Positions 42,377 through 53,304 are shown, counted from the first letter of the stretch. The stretch is 64,000 nucleotides of DNA from Alphaproteobacteria bacterium (GCA_045613285.1 JAZLAQ010000007.1:485-64484), one strand, 5' to 3'. Program-made: numbers and translations. Notes: a model not told the origin generated them from the sequence alone.

Positions 42377-44089
42377 ATGCGTCAATCAAAACTGATATCA
42401 AAAAAACACAAAGAAAAACCATCAGAAGCACAACTGATTAGTCATATCTATCTGTTACGGGGCGGGTATGTTCGTCCGGTTGCAAATGGTATTTATTCTT
42501 TGTTGCCGCCGGCTGTTCGTATTCAGGAAAAAATTGAGAAAATAATTCGTGAAGAAATGAATAAAATTGATGGGCAAGAAGTGAAAATGCCTGTTGTTTT
42601 ACCTCGTGAATTATGGGATGAAAGTGGCAGATGGGATGCTGTGGAAAGTGAATTGTTACGGTTTCGGGATAGAACCGGACATGATATGTTGTTGGCGATG
42701 ACGCATGAAGAAGGGGTGACGGCTTTGGCGAGAACGGAGGTCAGCAGTTATAAAGAATATCCCTTTATGTTATATCAGATACAAACAAAGTTTCGAGATG
42801 AGGCGCGTTCCCGCGGTGGCCTGATACGGGTACGGGAGTTTACGATGAAGGATGCGTATTCTTTCCATACATCGCAAGAAGATTTAGATGAATATTATGA
42901 AAAATGTGCGATTGCTTATGATAATATCTTTCGCCGCTGTGGTGTTCCGGAAGTCGTTTCAATTCAGTCTGATAGTGGTATGATGGGAGGGAAAGTTGCC
43001 CATGAATACCAGTTATTGACTGATTCTGGTGAAGACCGAGTTATTGTTTGTGATTTTTGTCATACTTATGCTAATGATGAAGTGGCAGTCGCCGATTATA
43101 CAGTACCAGTAGAAGAATTAAAGTTTTTAGAAGAATTTGAAACGCCAAATACAAAAACAATTGAAGATTTATCTGTTTTAACCGGTATGCCTAAATCAAA
43201 AATGGCAAAAATTGTTTTTTATACAACAGAAAAAGGACAAACTGTTGCCGTTATGATACGGGGCGATTTGGAAGTAAATGAATGCAAACTGGCTAAAGTT
43301 TTAAAATGTTTATTTAACTTTGCTACGGATGATGAAGTTTATTCGGTTGGTGCTGTTCCGGGCTTTGCCAGTGGGATGAATCTGACTTGTCCGGTATATG
43401 TGGATAAATCGGTTGCTTTGGGTTATAATTTAATTTGTGGGGCAAACAAAGAAGGCTATCACTTGAAAAACTTTAATTTGTCCCGTGATATACCGAAAGC
43501 TGAAATTGTTGATATTGCCACAGTTCGTGATGGGGATGTTTGTCCGAAATGTGGGCAGAAATTACGGTTGTCCCGCGGGATAGAAGTTGGTAATATCTTT
43601 AAATTGGGAACCAAGTATACGGAATCTATGAAAATGACGTACACTGATGAAAATGGTCAGGAACAAACGCCGATTATGGGATGCTATGGTATCGGAGTCG
43701 GTCGTTTGTTGGCTTCTGTTATTGAAGTCCGTCATGATGATTATGGTCCAATTTGGCCTTTACCTATTGCACCTTGGCAGGTTCAGTTAAACGTTATGGG
43801 TGGAGCAAATCCGGAAATCCAAAAAACAGCTGATGAGATTTATCAACAATTGGAAAATGTCGGTGTTGAAGTTTTATATGATGATCGGGGATTATCTGCG
43901 GGTATCCAGTTTGCAGAAGCAGATTTGATGGGGATTCCTTTCCGAGTTGTTGTAGCACCACGTTCTTTTGCTGAAGGAAAAGTAGAATTCAAACGACGGG
44001 GTATAAAAGAAGGTGTCCTGGTCGATATTTCGAACATTACATCATTCATTCAAAAAGAAATTAAACAGGAAATGGAAAAATATCGATGA
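42377..44089 (+). CDS. proS: Proline--tRNA ligase (long form with editing insertion)
   Basis: QIQTKFRDE, REFTMKDAYSF, GIEVGNIFKLGTKY, MGCYGIG. Confidence 0.96.
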   Translation: MRQSKLISKKHKEKPSEAQLISHIYLLRGGYVRPVANGIYSLLPPAVRIQEKIEKIIREEMNKIDGQEVKMPVVLPRELWDESGRWDAVESELLRFRDRTGHDMLLAMTHEEGVTALARTEVSSYKEYPFMLYQIQTKFRDEARSRGGLIRVREFTMKDAYSFHTSQEDLDEYYEKCAIAYDNIFRRCGVPEVVSIQSDSGMMGGKVAHEYQLLTDSGEDRVIVCDFCHTYANDEVAVADYTVPVEELKFLEEFETPNTKTIEDLSVLTGMPKSKMAKIVFYTTEKGQTVAVMIRGDLEVNECKLAKVLKCLFNFATDDEVYSVGAVPGFASGMNLTCPVYVDKSVALGYNLICGANKEGYHLKNFNLSRDIPKAEIVDIATVRDGDVCPKCGQKLRLSRGIEVGNIFKLGTKYTESMKMTYTDENGQEQTPIMGCYGIGVGRLLASVIEVRHDDYGPIWPLPIAPWQVQLNVMGGANPEIQKTADEIYQQLENVGVEVLYDDRGLSAGIQFAEADLMGIPFRVVVAPRSFAEGKVEFKRRGIKEGVLVDISNITSFIQKEIKQEMEKYR

Positions 44090-44478
44090 AGGAAATAGGT
44101 ATGGCAGTTGTTGTGCATGATGGAAAAATACTGATTGCACAGCGTAAAAAAACAATGCGTCAAGGTGGATTGTGGGAATTCCCAGGTGGAAAGATGGAAA
44201 ATGGTGAAACACCACAAGCCTGTATTAAAAGAGAGTTTATGGAAGAATTGGAAATGCCTGTTGAAGTTGGTGATTTCCTGATGGAAATGACTTATACTTA
44301 TCCGGAAATCGGTTCGTTCCATTTTAATACATTTTGGGCAACCTGCCAGAATACACAGATTTCTAAATTGGACGCCCATGAACAGATTGCTTGGGTATCT
44401 GTTTCGGAATTGGATAATTATGAATTTTGCCCTGCCGATATACCGTTGGTTGAGAAATTAAAAGAGATATCATTTTAA
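44086..44478 (+). CDS. MutT/NudG-like Nudix hydrolase
   Basis: WEFPGGKMENGETPQACIKREFMEEL. Confidence 0.88.
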   Translation: MKEIGMAVVVHDGKILIAQRKKTMRQGGLWEFPGGKMENGETPQACIKREFMEELEMPVEVGDFLMEMTYTYPEIGSFHFNTFWATCQNTQISKLDAHEQIAWVSVSELDNYEFCPADIPLVEKLKEISF

Positions 44479-45192
44479 AACTCGATAAACGGTTAAGATA
44501 CGAATTTCCTTGGCACCGGCTTTGCGGAGAATTTTGGAACAGGTACTGACAGTTAGACCTGTTGTGAAAACGTCATCTACAATCAAGATCGTTTTATTTT
44601 GAATGGCCTTGGCATTTGTAACCCGAAAAGCATTTTTAATGTTTCTTTCCCGTTCTCTTGGTGTTAGATGTCCTTGACTGGCAGTTGCTTTTATTCGGCG
44701 TAAAATATCTGTTCGAAACGGAATATGTATCTTTTGAGATAAAGCATAGCCTAACAGACCGGCTTGATTATAACGGCGTTTGATTCGTCTGGTCCAATGT
44801 ATCGGTATGGGAACAATAAAATCTACATTTTTATATAAATCAGAAGATACTTGATTTAAAAATTTTAAAAATAACGGTATATGACTGGTACGATCCCCGT
44901 GCTTATAAGATAAAATCAATTGCTTGGAAAAGTTATCATATTCTAAAATGGAACGAGCAAACCGAAATGGCGGTTTTTGTTTTAGACAAGAACCGCAAAT
45001 TAGGTTTTCCGATGAAACATACTCAAAAGGTCGTCCGCAAATTTGACAACAGGGGCTAGTGATAAAATTCAGTTGTTTATAACAGGAACAGCATAATGTG
45101 TGAATTGTTTCAACCTCTTGATGACAAATCGGACAAGTAGGTGGACATAATAAATCTAAAATAAAAGTAAACAGGTTGTGTAATTTTTTCAT
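44470..45192 (-). CDS. comF: ComF family competence protein
   Basis: N-terminal CxxC zinc ribbons, RYNQA, IVDDVFTTG PRTase motif. Confidence 0.9.
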   Translation of the reverse strand: MKKLHNLFTFILDLLCPPTCPICHQEVETIHTLCCSCYKQLNFITSPCCQICGRPFEYVSSENLICGSCLKQKPPFRFARSILEYDNFSKQLILSYKHGDRTSHIPLFLKFLNQVSSDLYKNVDFIVPIPIHWTRRIKRRYNQAGLLGYALSQKIHIPFRTDILRRIKATASQGHLTPRERERNIKNAFRVTNAKAIQNKTILIVDDVFTTGLTVSTCSKILRKAGAKEIRILTVYRVLK

Positions 45193-45256
45193 TTTTTCTT
45201 GAAATTTGAATTAAATAAAAGTATATATAATTATTAGCAAAGAGGCAAGTTAAAAA

Positions 45257-46006
45257 ATGATAAATTCAATTCTTAAAAGAAAAAATCAACCTGATATTGC
45301 GTATTCTTGGGAAAAAGGTAACGAAAATTTAGCAGTTGTCTATCTGCACGGTTGGTCTGCTCAACGTAATAGTGTCAAAGGAAATACCTTATTAAAGGTG
45401 GCTCAAAAGTATAAATGTCATTACTTATCTTTGGATTATACGGCACATGGTGAATCAGGTGGAAATCCTAGTGATTTCACAGTTGGTCAGGGAATACAGG
45501 ATGTGTGGGATGTTATTCAGGCAACTGTTCAAGATATGCCGGTCATTCTGGTTGGGAACTCTATCGGTGGTTGGATAGGACTTTATCTGGCACAACAATA
45601 TGAACAAGTAGTTGGTTTTTTAGGATTGGCTCCAGCACCTGATATTACGCAGTATGTTTGGGATAAATTATTACCTGATTATGTTAAATCTGAAATTGTT
45701 AAAGGGCATATTTTTGGTCCGTCCCCTGAAACAATGGGCTTTTGCTTTACCCAAAAATTATTTCAAGATGGGGAAAAACATTTTCTGTTGGAAAAAGAAA
45801 TAGATTTTAACGGTCCCGTCCGAATGATGATCGGGGATAAAGACGATCGGGTTGATATTCAACGACTGTATAAAATAAAGGATAGGTTGACGTCTCAAAA
45901 TGTGAGTATTACCTTAATGAAGGGTAGTAACCATCATTTGGGTGAGCAACGGGACTTACGAATGATGCAAACCCTTTTGTCTGATTTAATTCAAGAGGTT
46001 TTATAA
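45257..46006 (+). CDS. Alpha/beta hydrolase
   Basis: YLHG, DYTAHGES, GNSIGG, APAPD, catalytic His near the C-terminus. Confidence 0.88.
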   Translation: MINSILKRKNQPDIAYSWEKGNENLAVVYLHGWSAQRNSVKGNTLLKVAQKYKCHYLSLDYTAHGESGGNPSDFTVGQGIQDVWDVIQATVQDMPVILVGNSIGGWIGLYLAQQYEQVVGFLGLAPAPDITQYVWDKLLPDYVKSEIVKGHIFGPSPETMGFCFTQKLFQDGEKHFLLEKEIDFNGPVRMMIGDKDDRVDIQRLYKIKDRLTSQNVSITLMKGSNHHLGEQRDLRMMQTLLSDLIQEVL

Positions 46007-46497
46007 TGAATAGTACTTTATTACAAAAAACAACACGTCTTTTATTTTTATTATTTTTAACTAATTTGGTTGGATATATTGGTGGAACATTTGTAACACC
46101 AGATGCTTTGGTTTGGTATTCTTCACTGATACAATCAAATTTAACACCACCAAATATGTGGTTTGGTATTGTTTGGACTATATTGTATTTTATGATGGCT
46201 GTTTCGGCTTGGTTAATATGGGGTAAAGCATCGCCAAGGCCTTTTGTTATGCAGTTGGCTTTTAATCTGTTATGGCCATTTTTTTTCTTTTATCTGAAAA
46301 ATCCGATTTTAGCGTGGTTTGATGTTTTGATTATGATATTTTTTATTATTTGGACAATCAGAATTTTTTGTCGGGTTTCAAAAGTAGCGGCTTGGTTGAT
46401 GGTACCGGTATTGTTATGGAGTTGCTTTGCAATGTATCTGACAACAATTGTTGTCGTGTATAATACGGAAGTAGGTATCTGGTTAGGGCTGATTTGA
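46006..46497 (+). CDS. tspO: TspO/MBR family protein
   Basis: WY..L....LTPP..FGIVWTILY, QLAFNLLW. Confidence 0.88.
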   Translation: MNSTLLQKTTRLLFLLFLTNLVGYIGGTFVTPDALVWYSSLIQSNLTPPNMWFGIVWTILYFMMAVSAWLIWGKASPRPFVMQLAFNLLWPFFFFYLKNPILAWFDVLIMIFFIIWTIRIFCRVSKVAAWLMVPVLLWSCFAMYLTTIVVVYNTEVGIWLGLI

Positions 46498-46552
46498 TAA
46501 TAATTTGAGATGCAATAAAAAAAGATGACCGAATGGCCATCTTTTTTACATT

Positions 46553-46732
46553 TTATCGTTCGTTTCCTTTATCCGGAACGGAAATATTTTTATCCGGTGC
46601 TTCAATTAGTTGAGCAATTGGTGTTTCCGATAAAGAAGTTCCCTTATGATATCCACGGACTTCATCACGGTTTTCAATACCGCAATCAAAAACAATACTG
46701 TTTTTAAAATCTTGAGATTTCAATTGTTTCAT
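46553..46732 (-). CDS. Small hypothetical protein (59 aa, missing from the ORF track)
   Basis: AAAGGAGG RBS then MKQLKSQDFKNSIVFDCGIENRDEVRGYHKGTSLSETPIAQLIEAPDKNISVPDKGNER; hairpin terminator at 46517-46548. Confidence 0.65.
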   Translation of the reverse strand: MKQLKSQDFKNSIVFDCGIENRDEVRGYHKGTSLSETPIAQLIEAPDKNISVPDKGNER

Positions 46733-46833
46733 GGTAAACCTCCTTTTTTGTCAAACTTTTTTATTCCTTATACTTTTAGCCTAACATAACTTTTTAAAAG
46801 TGTCAAGCCTATTTTTGGTAAAAAAAGAAAAAA

Positions 46834-48348
46834 TCAATCTTTTTTGAACCGGTGGGAGTGATGGAAAGATAAAGCCTCGCTGATATGAATAGTTTGGATA
46901 ATTTCATTTTCATCTAAATCCGCAATTGTACGGGCTACGCGTATCATTCTGTGATATCCTCGTCCGGACAACATCATTTTACGTGCTCCTTCCATTAATA
47001 ATTTTTCCGCCTCTTTGGTCATGGGGGCGATTTGTTCTAAAATACTACCATCTGCCTCGGCATTATTGTGAATTTTTAGTTCATGAAAACGGTTGGCAGC
47101 AAAGGCATGTGCTTTTTCAACACGTTTTCGAATATCTGATGAACTTTCACCGGAACTTTGATTCCCTAGCTCCCAAGGCTGAATGAGGGGAACTTCAATC
47201 TGTAAATCTATTCTATCCATCATTGGACCTGAAATCTTGGATTGATATTCTTCTGCACAGCGTGGTGCCCGTGAACATTCATGACCTGCTACACCTAAAT
47301 AACCGCATTTACATGGATTCATGGCTGCTACCAGTTGAAAACGAGCCGGATAGGTGACATGCATATTAGCCCGTGCAACTGAAACAACACCTGTTTCTAT
47401 TGGTTGACGTAGTGCTTCCAGTGTCTGACGGGAAAATTCCGGTAATTCATCCAAAAATAAAACACCGCGATGTGCCAAAGAAATCTCACCTGGTTTGGCT
47501 TTTAATCCACCACCAACCATTGCTGGTGTAGAGGCCGAATGGTGAGGATTCCGATAAGGGCGGTTCGTTACCAGTTGTCCGTCGTGTAAAAGACCGGCAA
47601 TGGAATGAATTTGACTAACCTCTAAAACTTCGGATTGGCTCATCGGTGGCAAAATGGACGGCAATCGGGATGCCAACATGGATTTACCACTACCTGGTGG
47701 ACCAATCATCAATAGATTGTGACCGCCGGCTGCTGCAATTTCCAAGGCCCGTTTAGCGTGCTCTTGACCACGAATATCTTTCATATCCGGTAGGATAGGG
47801 GCTTCCAATTTTTTATCCTGAATCGGCGGTGAAAGAAGTTGACGTCCTTTAAAGTGATTAAGTAAAGTAAGAAGATTGCCTGATTCGTAGACAGATGTAT
47901 TGCCTGACCAGAGAGCTTCACCCCCTTGCCCAGCGGGACAGATAAAACCAAGTTCATGACGGTTAGCGGTGATGGCGGCTGGTAAAATGCCGGAAACTGG
48001 TCTGATGGAACCGTCAAGTCCCAGTTCGCCCATCATCATAAAATTATGAATTTCTTCTGGCGGAATGATGCCCATGGCACCCATTAGAGCCATTGCAATA
48101 GGCAGGTCATAGTGAGTCCCTTCCTTTAAAACGTCGGCAGGTGCTAGATTGACTGTAATGTGGGACGCTGGTAAAGACAATCCTAATGCATGTAAAGCGG
48201 CACGGACTCGTTCTTTACTTTCTGTAATGGCTTTATCTGCCAAACCGACAATTGAAAATGACGGAAGACCATTCGTAATTTGAACCTCAATTTCAATTTT
48301 TAAAACATGAATGCCGGCAAAGGCAACAGAACGTGTAACCGATAACAT
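46834..48348 (-). CDS. comM: YifB/ComM Mg-chelatase-like AAA+ ATPase
   Basis: VNLAPAD..KEGTHYDLPIA, GPPGSGKSMLA, PGEISLAHRGVLFLDE. Confidence 0.92.
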   Translation of the reverse strand: MLSVTRSVAFAGIHVLKIEIEVQITNGLPSFSIVGLADKAITESKERVRAALHALGLSLPASHITVNLAPADVLKEGTHYDLPIAMALMGAMGIIPPEEIHNFMMMGELGLDGSIRPVSGILPAAITANRHELGFICPAGQGGEALWSGNTSVYESGNLLTLLNHFKGRQLLSPPIQDKKLEAPILPDMKDIRGQEHAKRALEIAAAGGHNLLMIGPPGSGKSMLASRLPSILPPMSQSEVLEVSQIHSIAGLLHDGQLVTNRPYRNPHHSASTPAMVGGGLKAKPGEISLAHRGVLFLDELPEFSRQTLEALRQPIETGVVSVARANMHVTYPARFQLVAAMNPCKCGYLGVAGHECSRAPRCAEEYQSKISGPMMDRIDLQIEVPLIQPWELGNQSSGESSSDIRKRVEKAHAFAANRFHELKIHNNAEADGSILEQIAPMTKEAEKLLMEGARKMMLSGRGYHRMIRVARTIADLDENEIIQTIHISEALSFHHSHRFKKD

Positions 48349-49005
48349 TTACCACCGCGGAATATTATGGTTGTATTGCCATTGCCCCTGTCCGGGATAA
48401 TCCGTTGGGGATAAAACCTCCCGATAACCAGCAAATTGTGGTTTGTCTTGCAGTCGAATATATCCTTGTTGTTGATAGTTAGTTAAACAAATCGTATCAG
48501 TGGATAAGCATTGTACATACATATTAGGATAATTTATGTTTTGCAGAGTTATCATAACAGCGGGCGCGACAATCGGCTGAGGTGTTGTCGGTTGAGGCAT
48601 AATGGGTTGAATGGCAACCGGTTGTATAACAGGCTGTGGAGCCGGTGCTTCAATATAAACCTTTTGTTCCGGAATTTCAATAACAATACCATCTTCCAAT
48701 TGTATCGGTTGAGCCGGTTGAATAAAGGTTGGTTGTGGTTCATTATTTTGTGTTGGAGAAACAATAGGTTCTATTGATTCTTGTGTAAATGCATCTTCTG
48801 TAGAAATAAAATCTGTTTGTTCCCCATCGTTAAAAAATGCTATATCATCCGATTCTTCAACGGGATAAATATCATCTTCAACATAGAAAGAATCATCTTC
48901 TTCGTAATACGGATTGTTGTTATCAAAATAAAATGTGTCATTCATCTGTGATGTGGTACATCCATATAAAAATAAAGGGAGTAAAAATAGATTTATTTTT
49001 TTCAT
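48349..49005 (-). CDS. Hypothetical lipoprotein (acidic, Pro/Gln-rich)
   Basis: MKKINLFLLPLFLYGC lipobox; GAGG RBS. Confidence 0.7.
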   Translation of the reverse strand: MKKINLFLLPLFLYGCTTSQMNDTFYFDNNNPYYEEDDSFYVEDDIYPVEESDDIAFFNDGEQTDFISTEDAFTQESIEPIVSPTQNNEPQPTFIQPAQPIQLEDGIVIEIPEQKVYIEAPAPQPVIQPVAIQPIMPQPTTPQPIVAPAVMITLQNINYPNMYVQCLSTDTICLTNYQQQGYIRLQDKPQFAGYREVLSPTDYPGQGQWQYNHNIPRW

Positions 49006-49095
49006 TTGAACCTCATGTTTTTGAAATTGAAAAAAGTATAGCAAAAAAAAATCGCAAAAGAAAGTGTTTTTTTAATTTTTTTTAGAAAAAAGAAG

Positions 49096-49124
49096 TTGCA
49101 CACAAATGAAAAATCATGTATAAT
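49096..49124 (+). promoter_or_regulatory. Sigma70-like promoter of recA
   Basis: TTGCAC-17 bp-TATAAT. Confidence 0.65.
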
Positions 49125-49166
49125 CTGACAACATCTTAACCTCTAAAATCAATAAGGAGAAAAGTT

Positions 49167-50192
49167 ATGGAAAAAGATAAAGCATTGGAAGCAGCCCTCT
49201 CACAAATTGAACGGGCTTTTGGCAAAGGGTCTATTATGCGTTTGGGACAACAGGGAAATGCTGTTGAAATTCCGGCTATTTCAACCGGTTCTTTGGGGTT
49301 GGATATGGCATTGGGAATTGGTGGTATGCCCAAGGGTCGGATTGTGGAAGTTTATGGCCCAGAAAGTTCGGGTAAGACAACTTTGGCTTTGCATGTCGTG
49401 GCAGAAGCCCAAAAAAAAGGTGGTACATGTGCTTACATTGATGCTGAACATGCTTTAGATCCTGTCTATGCAAACAAATTAGGGGTAAATATTAATGAGT
49501 TGTTGATTTCTCAGCCGGATACAGGGGAACAAGCATTGGAAATCGCTGACACATTGGTTCGGTCTGGTACTATTGATGTTTTGGTTGTAGATTCAGTGGC
49601 CGCTTTGGTTCCAAAAGCTGAATTGGAAGGGGAAATGGGGGATTCTCATGTGGGATTGCAGGCCCGATTAATGAGTCAGGCTCTTAGAAAAATTACGGCT
49701 TCGGTGGCGCGGGCTAATACTTTGGTTATATTCATAAACCAAATTCGTATGAAAATTGGAGTTATGTTTGGAAATCCGGAAACAACAACCGGTGGTAATG
49801 CTTTGAAGTTCTATGCTTCCGTTCGATTGGATATCCGTCGTATCGGGGCTATTAAAGACCGTGAAGATGTTATCGGTAATCAGACCCGTGTCAAGGTTGT
49901 TAAAAATAAAGTTTCTCCACCGTTTAAAACGGTTGATTTTGATATCCTTTATGGTGAAGGAATTTCAAAAACAGGTGAATTAATAGATTTAGGTGTAAAA
50001 GCCGGTATTGTTGAAAAAGCAGGGGCTTGGTTCTCTTGTAAAGGAGAACGAATTGGGCAGGGCCGTGAAAACGCTAAGCAATATTTGAAAGAGCATCCGG
50101 AGTTAGCAGATGAAATTGAACGAGCTATTCGGAATGATGTAAAAGATTTAACGCAAAAAATGTTAGATGGAGAAGTTGCCGCCGCAGAATAA
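49167..50192 (+). CDS. recA: Recombinase A
   Basis: [44 protein letters not shown]. Confidence 0.99.
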   Translation: MEKDKALEAALSQIERAFGKGSIMRLGQQGNAVEIPAISTGSLGLDMALGIGGMPKGRIVEVYGPESSGKTTLALHVVAEAQKKGGTCAYIDAEHALDPVYANKLGVNINELLISQPDTGEQALEIADTLVRSGTIDVLVVDSVAALVPKAELEGEMGDSHVGLQARLMSQALRKITASVARANTLVIFINQIRMKIGVMFGNPETTTGGNALKFYASVRLDIRRIGAIKDREDVIGNQTRVKVVKNKVSPPFKTVDFDILYGEGISKTGELIDLGVKAGIVEKAGAWFSCKGERIGQGRENAKQYLKEHPELADEIERAIRNDVKDLTQKMLDGEVAAAE

Positions 50193-50262
50193 GAAATTGC
50201 CGGAACAAGAATTTGTGTCCGGCCGATGGTCGGACACTTTGTTTATCAATCAGAGGTATAAA

Positions 50263-52911
50263 ATGAGTCAAAATATTACAAATCAAATCAGAAAAACATT
50301 TATCAATTATTTTCAAAAAAATGATCATGTTATCGTACCGGCCAGTTCTTTGGTCCCGAAAAATGATCCAACACTGATGTTTACAAATTCGGGAATGGTT
50401 CAGTTTAAAAATTACTTTACTGGTGCTGAACAAGCTCCTTTCCCACGGGCAGCAACCGTTCAAAAATCCGTTCGTGCCGGTGGTAAACACAATGATTTGG
50501 ATAATGTCGGATATACAGTCAGACATCACACGTTCTTTGAAATGTTGGGTAACTTTTCATTTGGGGATTACTTTAAAGAAAAAGCAATTTATTATGCTTG
50601 GGATTTGCTGACAAAAGAAATCGGATTAGATAAAAGCAAGTTATGTGTAACGATTTTTCATAATGATGACGAAGCCTTTAATTTGTGGAAAAAAATAGCC
50701 GGTTTAAGTGATAATGATATTATCAGAATTGCAACAAAAGATAACTTTTGGCAAATGGGGGATACGGGGCCTTGCGGACCGTGTTCGGAAATATTTTATG
50801 ACCATGGAGATAAATATTGGGGTGGACGACCAGGTACCCCCGAAGAAGATGGAGATCGGTTTATTGAAGTATGGAATTTAGTTTTTGACCAGTTTGAAGA
50901 TTTACCTGATGGACAGCGGATTGAAATCCCTAAAAAATGTATCGATACCGGTTCGGGATTGGAACGATTGAGTGCTATTTTACATGGTACCAATGATAAC
51001 TTTCAAATAGACATCTTTAAAGATTTGATTGAACAGTCGGCCAGCATTGCCGGTGTTGATCCATATGGTGAACATAAAACATCTTTGCGCGTTATCGCAG
51101 ACCATTTGCGGTCAACATCATTCCTGTTGGCAGATGGTGTGATGCCGTCTAATGAAGGACGAGGATATGTGTTGCGCCGGATTATGCGTCGGGCTATGCG
51201 TCACGCACATTTAATCGGATGTAAGGAACCTTTGATGTATCAGTTGGTTCCGTCTTTGATAAAAACAATGGGTGAAGCTTATCCGGAATTAGAAGCTAAT
51301 AAATCATTGATTACGGATTCCTTAAAATTAGAAGAAGAACGCTTTAAACAGACGCTGGATAAAGGATTAAAATTGTTGGCAGAGGAAACGGAACATTTAT
51401 CTGCCGGTGATTCTTTAAATGGACAGACTGCTTTTAAATTATATGACACCTATGGCTTCCCATTGGATTTGACACAGGATGCTTTGCGGGCAAAGAATAT
51501 ATCGGTTGATGTGGATGGATTTGAGTTGGCTATGGCTCGACAAAAAGCGGAAGCTCGTAAATCTTGGGCTGGTTCTGGGGACAGTGCTGATGATAAAATG
51601 TGGTTTCGTTTAGCCGAAAAATTAGGGGCTACAGAATTCTTAGGGTATTCTGAAAATAAAACAGAAGGGCAGATTCTAGCCTTGGTACAGGATGGAAAAG
51701 AAGTTAGTGAAGTGTCCGTTGGACAGAATGTTTCCATTGTTACCAATCAGACACCCTTTTATGGCGAAATGGGAGGACAGGTTGGTGATACCGGCTCAGT
51801 GAAAACAGAGCAGGCTTTTGTTGAAATTACTAACACCGTCCGTCAGGCTGATTCGTCTTTAATTGTTCATATCGGCGTTGTTAAAATGGGAACTTTAAAG
51901 GTTGGTGATGTTGGTACATTTGAAATTGACAATAACCGGCGGAGTGATATTCGGGGACACCATTCGGCAACACACTTGTTGCAGGCGGCTCTACAAAAAG
52001 TTTTGGGTGACAGTGTTCACCAAAAGGGGTCTTTGGTAACGCCGGATTATTTCCGTTTTGACTTTACTTATAGCAAAGCTATGACAAAAGATGAATTGCG
52101 TCAGGTAGAAAACCTTGTAAACCGGATGATTATGCAAAACGAACTTGTTTCAACCACTTTAATGACTCCGGAAGAGGCTATTAAACAGGGGGCTATGGCT
52201 CTGTTTGATGAAAAATACGGAAAAATTGTACGGGTCGTTTCCATGGGGCAGAGCGAGAATAGACTGTCTTGTGAATTATGTGGTGGAACACATGTGTCGG
52301 CAACCGGTGATATTGGTTCTTTCCGAATCTTGTCGGAAGGGGCGGTTTCTTCCGGTGTTCGACGTATTGAAGCTGTTGTCGGACGGGCTGCTATACAAAA
52401 AATGCAGGAAAACGCAGACTTATTAGGGGATTTATCATCTTTATTGAAAGTAACTTCTCTATCCGATATGCATGCAAAAGTTAAGTCGCTGATGGAAGAT
52501 AAAAGACAGGCAGAAAAAGAAATCGCAGATTTGCGACGTCAGGTTGCCATGGGCGGTAGTCAGGCTCAGACAAATGATATTGTTGTTGTCGGAGACGTTA
52601 AATTTATTGGTAAAGTCCTGCCAGATACACCAGCCAAGGAATTAAAACCATTGGTTGATGAATTTAAGAAAAAAGTCGACTCTGGTGTGGTGGCTTTGGT
52701 TTCCGGTTGTGATGGAAAGGTATCTGTTGTTATTGGTGTAACAGATGATTTAACAAGTCGTTTTAATGCAGTTGATATGGTTCGTTTGGCTTCTGAAATC
52801 GTTGGTGGTAAAGGTGGTGGTGGTCGACCGGATATGGCACAGGCCGGTGGCTCCGATACTTCAAAAATGAATGATGTTCTGTCTGCTGTTCAAAATTATC
52901 TGAAGGGATAA
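50263..52911 (+). CDS. alaS: Alanine--tRNA ligase
   Basis: DPTLMFTNSGMVQFK, HHTFFEMLGNFSFGDYFK, HSATHLL, ELCGGTH, GGGRPDMAQAGG. Confidence 0.98.
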   Translation: MSQNITNQIRKTFINYFQKNDHVIVPASSLVPKNDPTLMFTNSGMVQFKNYFTGAEQAPFPRAATVQKSVRAGGKHNDLDNVGYTVRHHTFFEMLGNFSFGDYFKEKAIYYAWDLLTKEIGLDKSKLCVTIFHNDDEAFNLWKKIAGLSDNDIIRIATKDNFWQMGDTGPCGPCSEIFYDHGDKYWGGRPGTPEEDGDRFIEVWNLVFDQFEDLPDGQRIEIPKKCIDTGSGLERLSAILHGTNDNFQIDIFKDLIEQSASIAGVDPYGEHKTSLRVIADHLRSTSFLLADGVMPSNEGRGYVLRRIMRRAMRHAHLIGCKEPLMYQLVPSLIKTMGEAYPELEANKSLITDSLKLEEERFKQTLDKGLKLLAEETEHLSAGDSLNGQTAFKLYDTYGFPLDLTQDALRAKNISVDVDGFELAMARQKAEARKSWAGSGDSADDKMWFRLAEKLGATEFLGYSENKTEGQILALVQDGKEVSEVSVGQNVSIVTNQTPFYGEMGGQVGDTGSVKTEQAFVEITNTVRQADSSLIVHIGVVKMGTLKVGDVGTFEIDNNRRSDIRGHHSATHLLQAALQKVLGDSVHQKGSLVTPDYFRFDFTYSKAMTKDELRQVENLVNRMIMQNELVSTTLMTPEEAIKQGAMALFDEKYGKIVRVVSMGQSENRLSCELCGGTHVSATGDIGSFRILSEGAVSSGVRRIEAVVGRAAIQKMQENADLLGDLSSLLKVTSLSDMHAKVKSLMEDKRQAEKEIADLRRQVAMGGSQAQTNDIVVVGDVKFIGKVLPDTPAKELKPLVDEFKKKVDSGVVALVSGCDGKVSVVIGVTDDLTSRFNAVDMVRLASEIVGGKGGGGRPDMAQAGGSDTSKMNDVLSAVQNYLKG

Positions 52912-52917
52912 GAAAAC

Positions 52918-53304
52918 GTGCGAAAATCTAGATATAATTGTTATCATTATTTATATCCGGAAAAAAAAGAGGCCATTCGGTTAAACTTAGCCCGTTCGTA
53001 TTTGAAGGCCGGTCAGCGTCGTAAAAGAACGTTTCGGATGAGTTTTGTAGCAAGTTTACTGTGGATGAGTTGGGTAGTTACTCTACCATCACCTGGTGCC
53101 AGTAAAAGTGTTTTACCTTATTTATCGGCGATGGTAGTAGCTAGCTGTATTGTGGAAACGGCCAAGAAAAGCTTAAAAAGAAATTTTGAACAACAACAGG
53201 AAGCCAAATCTTTATATCATCGGGTAACAAAGTGCCAGACTCAGGATGAATTTTATCAGATAATGCATAAAGTGAATAGGCATTTTGCTGTGCATTCGTA
53301 TTAA
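52918..53304 (+). CDS. Hypothetical membrane protein
   Basis: 128-aa ORF with two hydrophobic segments, immediately after alaS. Confidence 0.55.
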   Translation: MRKSRYNCYHYLYPEKKEAIRLNLARSYLKAGQRRKRTFRMSFVASLLWMSWVVTLPSPGASKSVLPYLSAMVVASCIVETAKKSLKRNFEQQQEAKSLYHRVTKCQTQDEFYQIMHKVNRHFAVHSY

